A program made the position numbers and the translations under genes. From assembly GCA_035544015.1 (NCBI GenBank), contig DATKIP010000113.1:1-61490 (forward strand): a stretch of DNA of 61,490 nucleotides, given 5' to 3'. This document shows, in pieces, positions 24,660 to 32,944 of the stretch. Within the stretch, counting starts at the first letter, position 1; each line of letters begins with the position of its first letter. The notes beneath the pieces were generated by a model, which saw only the letters and a list, made by a program, of their open reading frames with translations, ran no database searches and was not told the origin of the DNA. This DNA comes from Candidatus Saccharimonadia bacterium. Its GTDB lineage: Bacteria; Patescibacteriota; Saccharimonadia; UBA4664.

Positions 24660-26122
24660 CACCGCACCCCCGTCGACTGCCACTCGCCGAACAGCGCAGC
24701 GAGCCGGGCATCCTTATCGCTCTTACCGTTCAGGCCGGTGAAGTCGGGCACGGGTGTCGGCTGCGTCGGCCGGCCGTTCGTCGCACCAGTGCTAAAGCCG
24801 AGGGGCATAGATGTGGCGAGCGCCGAGAAGTCTGGGATCGACTCCATCGCCATCAGGCCGTAGCGGAGCGCGTCGTACTCGTCATCCGGGCCATCCGTAT
24901 CGACGTCCTCAACCTTGTGAGCGTCGTAGACCAGGGATGGCAGGTTCTTGATGAGCTGGATGCACGACGAGAACACCTGGAGATGCGGACGACCGTCCGG
25001 CGCATCTTTCAGGTACTCACGAACTCGGGCCAGCCCGTTCAGGCGATCGTTGTTGGCGTGCGTGAGCGTGACGCCGTTCTCGAAGTAGATCTGCGCGATC
25101 GACTTGCCAGAGTCAGGCGACTTGATCCACATAGCAGGGTCCGCAACATGCAGCCTGATCTTCTCGTCCTCGCCCGTCAGACTGACCACAGCCTGCGCTT
25201 GCTGCGAGGCAAGCAGGCCGGGCTGGCTGATCTCGCGGTAGATGTAGACCCGGGGCACGCTCTTGTCGAGCGCGGCCCATAGCGTGACGAACGGCCGAGC
25301 AGAGCCGTAGTCCGTCATCCGTACCCGCTGCCAGTCCTTGTCAAGCGGGATCGGATCAATGACGTGCTTCTCGCGGCGCCACTCGGTGAGCACCTGGCCG
25401 GCGAACACGTCCCAGTCACCGTCACGCAGTGCTCGCCGATCCTGCTCCGGTAAGCTGTTGAGCACCATCATGTACTGCGGGTCGGCGTCAAGCAGAATCT
25501 GGTTGTCGTAGATGTTCGAGAAGTGGAAGCAGCGCGTCGGCAGCGGGTCGCCCTGCTCGTTCCGTGGTGTCCACGGCGCGCAGTCTCGGGTACCGCGCGA
25601 CAGGAACCGCTCTTTGACCCAGGCGTGGCCGATGCCGCCTGGGTTGAACGTGGTACGCAGGTATGGTTTGATCTCGGGCACCGACGACCGACACTGCGCC
25701 ATCAGGAACGTGTACTGCGTCTCGGAGAACTCTTCGAGCTGATCGAACGCCATGAAGTGATACTCATGGCCGTGGTAGATCCGCTTGTCCTCTTCGTTCT
25801 CGCAGTGGCGCATCGAGATCATCGCACCGGACGGGAACGTCCATCGGGCGTGGTCGCCGTTCCACTTGGCTCCCAGCGGCGGGAACCACTCCCAGGCCCG
25901 GTCCATGACTTCCTGGAGGCGCTTGTACGTGCGGCGGAAGATGATCGCCCGGTAGCGCGAGTGCCCAACGCCGCGCGTGGCTTCCATCAGCATCGCCAGC
26001 GTCTTACCAGGGCCTTTGGTGCCGCCGAAGCCGGACTCGAAAGCAGGGCAAGCGTGCCACGGCTCCTGCTTCGATTGGGGGCGATAGACGAGGCGTGGCG
26101 GCGCCGATGCGACAGCCATCAA
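24659..26122 (-). CDS. terL: Terminase large subunit, 487 aa
   Basis: Walker A-like GFGGTKGPGKT. Walker B/coupling region HEYHFMAFDQLEE. The C-terminal nuclease-type region has conserved acidic residues. It follows a small-terminase-like gene. Confidence 0.85.
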   Translation of the reverse strand: MMAVASAPPRLVYRPQSKQEPWHACPAFESGFGGTKGPGKTLAMLMEATRGVGHSRYRAIIFRRTYKRLQEVMDRAWEWFPPLGAKWNGDHARWTFPSGAMISMRHCENEEDKRIYHGHEYHFMAFDQLEEFSETQYTFLMAQCRSSVPEIKPYLRTTFNPGGIGHAWVKERFLSRGTRDCAPWTPRNEQGDPLPTRCFHFSNIYDNQILLDADPQYMMVLNSLPEQDRRALRDGDWDVFAGQVLTEWRREKHVIDPIPLDKDWQRVRMTDYGSARPFVTLWAALDKSVPRVYIYREISQPGLLASQQAQAVVSLTGEDEKIRLHVADPAMWIKSPDSGKSIAQIYFENGVTLTHANNDRLNGLARVREYLKDAPDGRPHLQVFSSCIQLIKNLPSLVYDAHKVEDVDTDGPDDEYDALRYGLMAMESIPDFSALATSMPLGFSTGATNGRPTQPTPVPDFTGLNGKSDKDARLAALFGEWQSTGVR

Positions 26123-26460
26123 CCGACCTTCCGATCAGGGAGGTAGATCGTCACGCCGCCAGACACCTGCACATCGGCCTCGGTCTTCTCGGTCGGCTTA
26201 CCCATCACGCGGTTGATGAGGTACTCGTTTGCCTGGCGGTCGGGGGGCTTTCTGTACACGGAGGGCTCTCCGTCCTCGCCAGGGATGTCGCCCTCGACCA
26301 TCACGCCATCGGCCAGGACGAACAGGTTCGCCAGTAGGTGAGGGAGGCGATCAACGATCCGCTTCTCAGCCTCGCGGATCGGCGTGTCGAGCAGCGACTT
26401 CAACTCACCGGGCTTCCGCCCAGCCCCACCGCGCGCCCCGCCATGTCCGTTCGCCGCCAA
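26119..26460 (-). CDS. Terminase small subunit (putative), 113 aa
   Basis: Basic Gly-rich N-terminus (GGARGGAGRKPGE). ATGA overlap with terL. The call is positional. Confidence 0.5.
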   Translation of the reverse strand: MAANGHGGARGGAGRKPGELKSLLDTPIREAEKRIVDRLPHLLANLFVLADGVMVEGDIPGEDGEPSVYRKPPDRQANEYLINRVMGKPTEKTEADVQVSGGVTIYLPDRKVG

Positions 26461-26501
26461 CTTGAATCCCTACTTGAATTCCGGCCGAATCAAGATCGGC
26501 G

Positions 26502-26555
26502 CTACTTCCCGCACTTGCCAGAGTGGTTCTTGCCGCACTTCTTGCACATCGCCAC
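26502..26555 (-). CDS. 17-codon Cys/Lys-rich mini-ORF (M)AMCKKCGKNHSGKCGK
   Basis: GGAGG (26568-26564) lies 8 nt upstream of the GTG at 26555. All codons are G/C-ending. It sits between a strong terminator and the small terminase gene. Coding status is unproven. Confidence 0.3.
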   Translation of the reverse strand: MAMCKKCGKNHSGKCGK

Positions 26556-26580
26556 GGTGAGACCTCCAGAAACGCAGAAA

Positions 26581-26613
26581 AGCCGCCGCAGCCCCTTTCG
26601 GGCCACGACGGCT
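26581..26613 (-). terminator. Rho-independent terminator separating the replication/early block from the packaging genes
   Basis: Minus-strand RNA reads AGCCGUCGUGGCCC-GAAA-GGGGCUGCGGCGGCU, about 14 bp including G-U pairs, followed by UUUCUGCGUUUCUGG. Confidence 0.65.
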
Positions 26614-26682
26614 ATCCCATCGGTCACACTGCGCGCCCGGTACCCCAGGCAGCGCTATTCGCTTGGCGTCAGTGTACCAGAG

Positions 26683-26835
26683 TCAGGACGACCTGTCACC
26701 ATCGCGCCGCAGATCGAGTCCGAGCCGCTCAGCGAGCGACCGTGCAAGCTGGTCGCGACGCTCCTCGATGTGCTCCACCGTCAACTCCAAGGCCTCTTCA
26801 TCCGTAAGCTCATCATGGTCATCCTCGTCTGCCAC
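26683..26835 (-). CDS. Acidic mini-protein, 50 aa (below the track cutoff)
   Basis: GTG at 26835. Sequence (M)ADEDDHDELTDEEALELTVEHIEERRDQLARSLAERLGLDLRRDGDRSS. Confidence 0.35.
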   Translation of the reverse strand: MADEDDHDELTDEEALELTVEHIEERRDQLARSLAERLGLDLRRDGDRSS

Positions 26836-27001
26836 CGACCACCTCCTGCTTCCACTCGCTCACTGCGCCGCAGTGGCACTGTACCTTCATCGGCTCGAAG
26901 CAGAGCACGACGACGCCGGCCAGCGGGTACGGACGGCCGTGGTCGATGGCCACGACCGGGGCTCGGCACGACTGGCAGACGCGCATCGTGTTCTGACTCA
27001 C
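26819..27001 (-). CDS. Cys-rich protein, 60 aa
   Basis: Track ORF with a CxxC...CxC pattern and an ATGA overlap upstream. Confidence 0.5.
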   Translation of the reverse strand: MSQNTMRVCQSCRAPVVAIDHGRPYPLAGVVVLCFEPMKVQCHCGAVSEWKQEVVGGRRG

Positions 27002-27453
27002 CTCCCATCCCCCGCCCCCGGCGCATCGGCTGCCGGCGCCAGTGCCCGGTACTGGTCCATCGCGATCCTAGCCGCGTCCTTCATCAGGTATCGCTCGTTG
27101 TTGGTCACGCCGTTTGTGATGCGGTCGAACACGAGTTGGGCAAGATCGGCGAACGTCTCCAGCGCCTCCCGCGCCCCGGCGAGCTCCTGCTTGAGCCTGA
27201 CGCCTTCCTTCACGAGCGTGGCAACGGGGTCGATCAGCACGCCCTCAGTCTCGGCAAAGTAGGCCGCCTTCCACTGGTCCCGCTCCCCAGTCACCGCCTC
27301 CAGCGCGGCTGATAGGCGGTCCACTTCCTCAGCCATCTCTGCGAACGAACACGGCCAGCGGGTGAAGCAACAGCCACACCAGCCAGGCATCTCCTGCGAC
27401 TCTTTGTGCTCCATGTATGGCTCGTCGGAGAGCGGGCGTGGGGCGCCGGTCAT
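26998..27453 (-). CDS. Hypothetical protein, 151 aa
   Basis: Track ORF with a 4-nt overlap. Confidence 0.65.
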   Translation of the reverse strand: MTGAPRPLSDEPYMEHKESQEMPGWCGCCFTRWPCSFAEMAEEVDRLSAALEAVTGERDQWKAAYFAETEGVLIDPVATLVKEGVRLKQELAGAREALETFADLAQLVFDRITNGVTNNERYLMKDAARIAMDQYRALAPAADAPGAGDGR

Positions 27454-27671
27454 GACTGTGACTCTTGCAATGGGAATTCCGCCCTCGCCCGAGCATTCCG
27501 ATGCATGCCGCAGAACGAGCGTAAGTGCCTTCGCTCAGGGAACAGCTCGAAGTACGACGGATCGTTGACGATCCGATTGCGACAGGGGCGACCGTTCACA
27601 ATCTCTTCACAGGCGTCGGCCGACACTTGCCCCTTCCCGTCACAGAATCGGCAGGCAACCATCTCAGCCAT
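27450..27671 (-). CDS. Cys-rich protein, 73 aa
   Basis: Track ORF. N-terminus MAEMVACRFCDGKGQV... Confidence 0.55.
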   Translation of the reverse strand: MAEMVACRFCDGKGQVSADACEEIVNGRPCRNRIVNDPSYFELFPERRHLRSFCGMHRNARARAEFPLQESQS

Positions 27672-27672
27672 C

Positions 27673-28200
27673 TCACCCCTCCCCTGGGCCCTGGGCGGCG
27701 TGCTCGATCACCGTGGCCGGCAGTTTCTTCAGCGGAAACAGCGGCTGCTCCAGGGTGTGTCGGGCCATATCACGTATCCCCAGCAACCCGTGTGTGAGGC
27801 CTCCCCACCGGTCCGGCTGCTCAAGATGCATGCTTGCAAGATCGGCAATCGTCTCCAATCGATGCCGGTACCACGCCAACTCTTCGGCCTGACGTATCGT
27901 CGCGGCCTCCAGGCGGGTCACACGAGCCAGGGCGACGACGGCCTGTTGGCGCCATTTCCCGAGACGCCCCTGCCCGTAAGGGGTCCCCATCGCCTGTCTC
28001 GACAACTCGGCCTTGAGGTTCCTGACCTTCCGCCGAAGCGAGCGGACCGTCTCCCGTGACCAGTTGTCCCGACGCTGCACGATGACCGGGGCCATGGTGT
28101 CGTAGAGCGTCACGTTGAACTGCCTTCGTGCGCGGAACGAGGCAGCGAGCATCTCATGCGTTGCTGGCTCACCAAGCGGCTCGTCAAACTCAGGCGCCAT
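27673..28200 (-). CDS. Hypothetical protein, 175 aa
   Basis: In frame with track ORF 27673..28242. The ATG at 28200 (MAPEFDEP) is preferred. Confidence 0.6.
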   Translation of the reverse strand: MAPEFDEPLGEPATHEMLAASFRARRQFNVTLYDTMAPVIVQRRDNWSRETVRSLRRKVRNLKAELSRQAMGTPYGQGRLGKWRQQAVVALARVTRLEAATIRQAEELAWYRHRLETIADLASMHLEQPDRWGGLTHGLLGIRDMARHTLEQPLFPLKKLPATVIEHAAQGPGEG

Positions 28201-28423
28201 CGGCGTGAGTGAGCAGGACCAGGCGCCTGAGTTTGACGGCAATCAGAGCATCCAGCGTCATGCATCCACACGTCTCAGTGCAGACTCCGTCAGGATGCGA
28301 CCGCTCATAGGCAGGGATACCCGACATCTCCAGATGCCTCGGACACAAGTCGGCGGGGTCAAGAGCGTACTTACCCTCCGACACGGGCTCCTCACGCATC
28401 ACACAGAAGAAACACCGCATCAA
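28190..28423 (-). CDS. Cys-rich protein, 77 aa
   Basis: Track ORF with an ATGA overlap to rusA. Confidence 0.55.
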   Translation of the reverse strand: MMRCFFCVMREEPVSEGKYALDPADLCPRHLEMSGIPAYERSHPDGVCTETCGCMTLDALIAVKLRRLVLLTHADGA

Positions 28424-29028
28424 CTTTCCTCCCCCGCCCCGTCCGTGGCCCGCGCTGCGGTGGGCGGGCTCAACGCCTCTACGATCAGCAGCACGCCAGG
28501 GCCATCGGCGCCGGCCCGTTCTTCCCGAACATCGCCGCGCTCACAGAAGCGATACGTGTCCTTCGGGATGACGCCGGCGTCCACGATCCCATCCTGAAGC
28601 GGTGCGAGCCGTGCATGATCGTTCTCCGCGTCGGCGATCCCGATCCGCGATCGGTAAACCACTGCTGAGATGCGGATGCGCCCGAGCGGTGGGATCCGAT
28701 GCGCCATACTGGCTGCCTCTTTGGCTGCCGTTCGCCACTCCTGAACCCAGCCGTTGTGGGTGAACTCGTTCCCGTCCCGCGTGTTCTTCGTCGGCGGAAG
28801 CTCCAAGCGCTGCCGCTTCGTCTTGATCTTCTGGCCGGCGATCGTCACCGTAGCTTTCCGTGGCGGCCCCAGGCGCGCGGGGAACCAAAGCTCCCATCGA
28901 CCAGAGGATTGACGAGAGCCCGTCTGAATCGGCGTAGGCGTGTCTACAGTCGTTTTTCGACTATCGACCGTCTGTCGTGCCCGTACGGGCCGTACAGCCC
29001 GCATCCCGTCGCCGCGCGCCCTGGCCAC
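28420..29028 (-). CDS. rusA: RusA-family Holliday junction resolvase, 202 aa (long N-terminal extension)
   Basis: C-terminal part ...RISAVVYRSRIGIADAENDHARLAPLQDGIVDAGVIPKDTYRF... fits the RusA D-x-(D/E)-N ... D pattern. The true start may be internal. Confidence 0.6.
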   Translation of the reverse strand: MARARGDGMRAVRPVRARQTVDSRKTTVDTPTPIQTGSRQSSGRWELWFPARLGPPRKATVTIAGQKIKTKRQRLELPPTKNTRDGNEFTHNGWVQEWRTAAKEAASMAHRIPPLGRIRISAVVYRSRIGIADAENDHARLAPLQDGIVDAGVIPKDTYRFCERGDVREERAGADGPGVLLIVEALSPPTAARATDGAGEES

Positions 29029-29186
29029 TAGCGGCTACCCCTGCACGCGTCGAGAGCGCGGTCTTCCGTCTCCCGCAGATCCCGACACGGCTCGCACGGG
29101 ATCTTCCACCCCAGCGCGTGAGTCGATTCGTGTGCGACCGACGCCTTCACGGCGCGGATGTGTGCAGCCTGTGGCCGCTCATCCAT
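29028..29186 (-). CDS. Mini-protein, 52 aa
   Basis: In frame with track ORF 29028..29450. ATG at 29186 (MDERPQAAHIRAV...). Confidence 0.4.
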   Translation of the reverse strand: MDERPQAAHIRAVKASVAHESTHALGWKIPCEPCRDLRETEDRALDACRGSR

Positions 29187-29439
29187 CGTGCTCCCCCGTC
29201 TCGACGCGGCAGCGCAGGGCCGCCCGGTCAGTCGTGTGTCGCCACCAGCGGTAACCGCACCATGTGCACCGCATCGACAGGTGCTCCGCGACATCGAACA
29301 TGCCGTTAGGCACCGGGCGCCCGCCGCAAGGGCATCCTCCGACCCGTTGCCACCACCACCCACCGGTGCAGTAAGCCGTCTCCACCGGCTTGGTGTCGCA
29401 CTTTGGGCAGGCGTCCCGAACGCCGATCTGCACCCGCAT
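29179..29439 (-). CDS. Cys/Trp-rich zinc-ribbon-like protein, 86 aa
   Basis: In frame with track ORF 29179..29673. ATG at 29439 (MRVQIGVRDACPKCDTKP...CTWCGYRWW). Confidence 0.5.
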   Translation of the reverse strand: MRVQIGVRDACPKCDTKPVETAYCTGGWWWQRVGGCPCGGRPVPNGMFDVAEHLSMRCTWCGYRWWRHTTDRAALRCRVETGEHDG

Positions 29440-29530
29440 GTCACCCACACTCACCCCCACCCGAACACCGCATCGAGCAACGCTCGCCACCAGGAGCGAA
29501 AGACCAGAGGCCGCCAGTGCGAACACGGCA

Positions 29531-29704
29531 TCAGGAGCGCCCCTCGCGACGATCGCGCTCCACGGCGCGAGCACAGTCGGGGTCGTACACCTTGCCATCG
29601 AGCACCTCGACGGACCGTGGCGCCTTCCCGCACCGCTCGCAGATCTCCCCAGCCCGCGCAGGTCGCGGCTCATTCCACAAGAACCTGTCCAGCATCGTGG
29701 CCAT
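29531..29704 (-). CDS. Zinc-ribbon mini-protein, 57 aa
   Basis: In frame with track ORF 29531..29842. ATG at 29704 (MATMLDRFLWNEPRPARAGEICERCGK...). Confidence 0.45.
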   Translation of the reverse strand: MATMLDRFLWNEPRPARAGEICERCGKAPRSVEVLDGKVYDPDCARAVERDRREGRS

Positions 29705-29706
29705 CG

Positions 29707-30270
29707 TCAGCCCCCATCCCCGGCGCAGTCGGGCGCCGTGGCGGCGTCGAGCGTCAACGCCTCCTGGCCGGTCAGGATCTTCTCGACATCCTTCCTGAGC
29801 CGCTCCTGCGTGAAGTGCGCGGCCCAGAACTCGCCCTGCCACTCGTTCTCATTTAGCGACAGCGCATCAGCGCACGGACCATCGGCCACCGGGTAGCACC
29901 AGGAGCGGTATTCGCCGTCGCCATCCCACTCTTCGTACACGGGGATGGTCAATTTGCACTCGCTACGTTTGACCCAGACCGCGTCCATCTCGTCGTAGAT
30001 CTTCCGCCAGAGATCGGTGTTCTCCCGGTACAGACGCTCGTGATTCCAGTCGTCCGGCAGACCGTGCTTCGTCATCAACTCATCGAAGATGTCGTCACGG
30101 TCGATGAACCGACCATCCCGGCTGTGATCGCCCGGACACGGCGTCTCGACAGCGAACACCTCGCGGATCTGGCGGAACAGATCGACCAGCGGCGACTCGC
30201 GATTCAACTCGGCGGCCAGCACCCCATCGGGCCCGTCGTCGGTCGCGCGGGGAGAGGCGGTCATTCCCAA
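29707..30270 (-). CDS. Hypothetical acidic protein, 187 aa
   Basis: Track ORF. Confidence 0.65.
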   Translation of the reverse strand: MGMTASPRATDDGPDGVLAAELNRESPLVDLFRQIREVFAVETPCPGDHSRDGRFIDRDDIFDELMTKHGLPDDWNHERLYRENTDLWRKIYDEMDAVWVKRSECKLTIPVYEEWDGDGEYRSWCYPVADGPCADALSLNENEWQGEFWAAHFTQERLRKDVEKILTGQEALTLDAATAPDCAGDGG

Positions 30271-30476
30271 TCCCCCGAGAACGCCGCGACGATCGCCAAA
30301 GCAGCGAAGATGAAGGCGAGCGCGAACACCCCCGCACCGTCCGGCTGGGCGCGCGTCGATGTCGATGTGGTCGTCACGAGCGTGTACGGCATCGTGACGT
30401 ACGACCAGGCGGCGAACGCCGCGACGCCTGCCAGCCCGAACGCCAGGAGCAACCTGCCAATTCGCTTCACGTCCAT
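30261..30476 (-). CDS. Small membrane protein, 71 aa, 2 TM segments
   Basis: Track ORF with hydrophobic stretches LLLAFGLAGVAAFAAW and GVFALAFIFAALAIVAAF. Confidence 0.6.
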   Translation of the reverse strand: MDVKRIGRLLLAFGLAGVAAFAAWSYVTMPYTLVTTTSTSTRAQPDGAGVFALAFIFAALAIVAAFSGDWE

Positions 30477-31187
30477 CTACCCCGCCACCCCTTCCGTCTC
30501 CCAGAACCCACCCTGCCGCGCCGGCCCCACCGCGTGCTGCCGGCGCTTATGGATCGGTCCGTCATGCCTGAACACGAGCCACGATGTGCAGTTCGACCGC
30601 ACGCTCAGCGGCGGCCCGTGCTTCTGCCACTTCGGGTCTTCCGGCTTCGACTTGCTCACCAGATACGCCAGGTCGTACAGATCGACGGGGATGACCTCCT
30701 CGACCCACTGGTTCATCCGGACGAGCCTGGATGCGTGAATCTGGTCCATCACCTTCACGATCACGCCGACCCTGGCTACCCGCCACGCCTCACGAGCGCC
30801 GGCCTGAATCGAGGCCCGCGCCTCTGGCTCCGTGCGATATGACCCGAACCGCTTACCAACCAGCGACGTGCCCTTCTTCGAGGTGTTCGACAGGTAGGGT
30901 GGGTCGAACACAACCACCGAGAACGACCCGTCAGCGAACGGCAGCCGCGTGAAGTCGGCCACGACTGCCGGCTTGCCGTGAGGGCTAATGTCGCAGCCCA
31001 CGACGTGGCGATCCGAGCCGTCCCAGAACTTACCCCGGCCCCAGGTCGCATCAAGCACCGTCTCAGCGCCCGGGAACGAGACAGCCAGCAGCCGAGCGAC
31101 CATCTCGGCGCTGCTGCCCGTGGCGATCCGCGTGAGCGGCGCCGGCGGCTCCCCGCCCACCGAGGCCGGGCCGTGGCGGGCGGTCAC
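30477..31187 (-). CDS. DNA amino-methyltransferase (N6-adenine or N4-cytosine), DPPY type, 236 aa
   Basis: AdoMet motif VLDATWGRGKF followed about 45 aa later by VVFDPPY. The GTG at 31187 overlaps the upstream stop (GTGA). Confidence 0.75.
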   Translation of the reverse strand: MTARHGPASVGGEPPAPLTRIATGSSAEMVARLLAVSFPGAETVLDATWGRGKFWDGSDRHVVGCDISPHGKPAVVADFTRLPFADGSFSVVVFDPPYLSNTSKKGTSLVGKRFGSYRTEPEARASIQAGAREAWRVARVGVIVKVMDQIHASRLVRMNQWVEEVIPVDLYDLAYLVSKSKPEDPKWQKHGPPLSVRSNCTSWLVFRHDGPIHKRRQHAVGPARQGGFWETEGVAG

Positions 31188-31618
31188 GCCACTGGCTCCG
31201 CTTCGGCAGCATCCTCGAAGACGAAGGGCCGTTCCCACTTCGTCAGTCGCTCTTCCATCGTTGGGTGGCTACTGAACGGGTGTGCGTTCCGAGCCCGAGG
31301 CCAGAAGTCGAGTTTGATGTGGGTCGGGTTGACCGCCGAGATGCCGATCCGAATAGCGTGGTCGTGAGCGCCGATCACCAGCTTCGTCAGCAGCGACCCG
31401 TCGAACGTACACAGGCTGCTCGCGAAGTTCGGGGCCCGGACCACAATCGCCACGCGATCACCATTCCAGGCCGCGCGCTTCGCGCCGTCACAGTGGTAGA
31501 TCCCCTCCCAGGCCCAATCCACGAGCTCGGCCACGCGTGCGCCGTCCTCGCTGACTTCCTTGCCGCACTGGCGCAGCCAGCGTGCGCCCCAGCCGTAGCG
31601 CTCTTTCCAGTCAGTCAC
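31184..31618 (-). CDS. Hypothetical protein, 144 aa
   Basis: Track ORF. Confidence 0.65.
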   Translation of the reverse strand: MTDWKERYGWGARWLRQCGKEVSEDGARVAELVDWAWEGIYHCDGAKRAAWNGDRVAIVVRAPNFASSLCTFDGSLLTKLVIGAHDHAIRIGISAVNPTHIKLDFWPRARNAHPFSSHPTMEERLTKWERPFVFEDAAEAEPVA

Positions 31619-32351
31619 CGCTTGTCTCCCCTCTCACCCGCCCATCCGCCGCGCTCGCTGTGGCGGTGGATGGGGACTGGGCGTCTGGCTCGAAGTGGCC
31701 GGGCTTGAAGCAGTCCTGCGCGCCGGCCCACTGAAACGCCCACAGTGCAGCGGCGATGAACGTCGAGCGCAGCCGTCCTGTCGGTGCACGGGATTCCAGC
31801 GATCGGCGAGCATCATCGGTGAGATCATCCAGCGACGGTGCCCAGGACAGCTCCGCCGTCTCGACGGGCTCGCCATCGGCGGTCTCGGCGCGGCCCCGCA
31901 AGTCCTCCTTGCGACGGTCCCTGAGCGCGATCAGGTCACGTGTCGAAAGGGGCGGTTCCCCTTGAACGACAGGCGCGAGCGCGGCCATGAGCAGTCGCCT
32001 TGCCTCGATTGGGGGTAATTCCGCCACAACCCGATGGTGCGTCCACGTCAACTGCTCAACGCGTGTTCCGCGCGGAAACGCCGCCGACACCCACGCTGCC
32101 GCTCTCAGGGTCGATTCGGCGAACGGCGACCCCGAAAACGCGTCAGGGAACGCCTGAGAGGCATCCCCGCCGTAGGCGGCCTCCCCGAACAGGATCAGGT
32201 CGCCGATCCACCATTTCACCGATCGGTCCATCGTCTGGAGCGTCTCCATCGCCGAGCACCACTCCTCGAAGGTCAGGTCAGCCGGCGGCTGATAGCTCAT
32301 CTCCGTCCGTGTGCCCGGCAGGCCGGTCCTAAGCGCGAGCTCCGCGCTCAT
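31611..32351 (-). CDS. Hypothetical protein, 246 aa
   Basis: Track ORF. It contains KWWIGDLILFGEAAYGG, which I cannot assign to a family. Confidence 0.65.
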   Translation of the reverse strand: MSAELALRTGLPGTRTEMSYQPPADLTFEEWCSAMETLQTMDRSVKWWIGDLILFGEAAYGGDASQAFPDAFSGSPFAESTLRAAAWVSAAFPRGTRVEQLTWTHHRVVAELPPIEARRLLMAALAPVVQGEPPLSTRDLIALRDRRKEDLRGRAETADGEPVETAELSWAPSLDDLTDDARRSLESRAPTGRLRSTFIAAALWAFQWAGAQDCFKPGHFEPDAQSPSTATASAADGRVRGETSGD

Positions 32352-32698
32352 CGAGCGCGCTCCGTTTGCTTCTGCTCACGGATCTGGCGAACGCGCTCCT
32401 GCTCCCGCTTCACCGCCTTCAAGACGTGCCCCGATGTCTCGCGCCAGACCTCGATGTCCTCCGATTCGTGGAGGTAGCCAACGAAGTACTCCTCATCCTC
32501 GGCGGCGCTGACCTCATGGACCGAATCCCGGGCCAGCACGCCCTCTCCGACATCTTCGGTCTCGTCACCGTAGTCTCGGCGCACCCAGGCCCAGAATGCC
32601 ATCGGCTCGGCCCGTAGCAATCCGTCATCGGTCACGAACACGGCTCGCCAGCCCTGGGCCGGTGTGATGCCCTGCCAGATGCCTTTCGGTCGGCTCAT
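32348..32698 (-). CDS. Hypothetical protein, 116 aa
   Basis: In frame with track ORF 32348..32779. The ATG at 32698 has GGGAG 7-8 nt upstream. The longer form would run into the AT-richer promoter-like region. Confidence 0.6.
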   Translation of the reverse strand: MSRPKGIWQGITPAQGWRAVFVTDDGLLRAEPMAFWAWVRRDYGDETEDVGEGVLARDSVHEVSAAEDEEYFVGYLHESEDIEVWRETSGHVLKAVKREQERVRQIREQKQTERAR

Positions 32699-32788
32699 CG
32701 AATCACTCCCGTAGACCCGGTAGAAGAATGAGTTACCTTCTTCGTACTTAGAAGTGCCTCTCCAGCCAGTAAAAGGCACCCAAAAGCC

Positions 32789-32944
32789 GACGCATGCGTC
32801 ACGCTGACTCGATATGACGCACCTGCGTCGCAGAACGACGCATGCGTCACGATTTGCGCAGAAATCTCCCGTTTACGACGCATGCGTCTGACGCACTTGA
32901 CGCATGCGTCACGGCGTGCGTCACGCATCTGCGTCACCTGCGTC
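32789..32944. repeat. Iteron/operator cluster built on the 12-bp palindrome GACGCATGCGTC
   Basis: Perfect copies at 32789-32800, 32837-32848, 32877-32888 and 32899-32910. Variants with a 2-nt central insertion at 32816-32829 (GACGCAccTGCGTC) and 32924-32935. Extra half-sites at 32890-32895, 32917-32922 and 32939-32944. Confidence 0.85.

Noticed and set aside
29451-29531. A 26-codon Trp-rich ORF (MPCSHWRPLVFRSWWRALLDAVFGWG) coupled to the upstream stop; also a 29-codon ORF at 36937..37026
   Set aside because: They are too short and unsupported by an RBS to call. I note them only as possible coupled mini-ORFs.
32789-32944. The repeat cluster as a CRISPR array
   Set aside because: The repeats are only 12 bp, perfectly palindromic and separated by irregular 10-36 bp intervals. 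Part of the cluster lies in coding sequence, and there are no cas genes.
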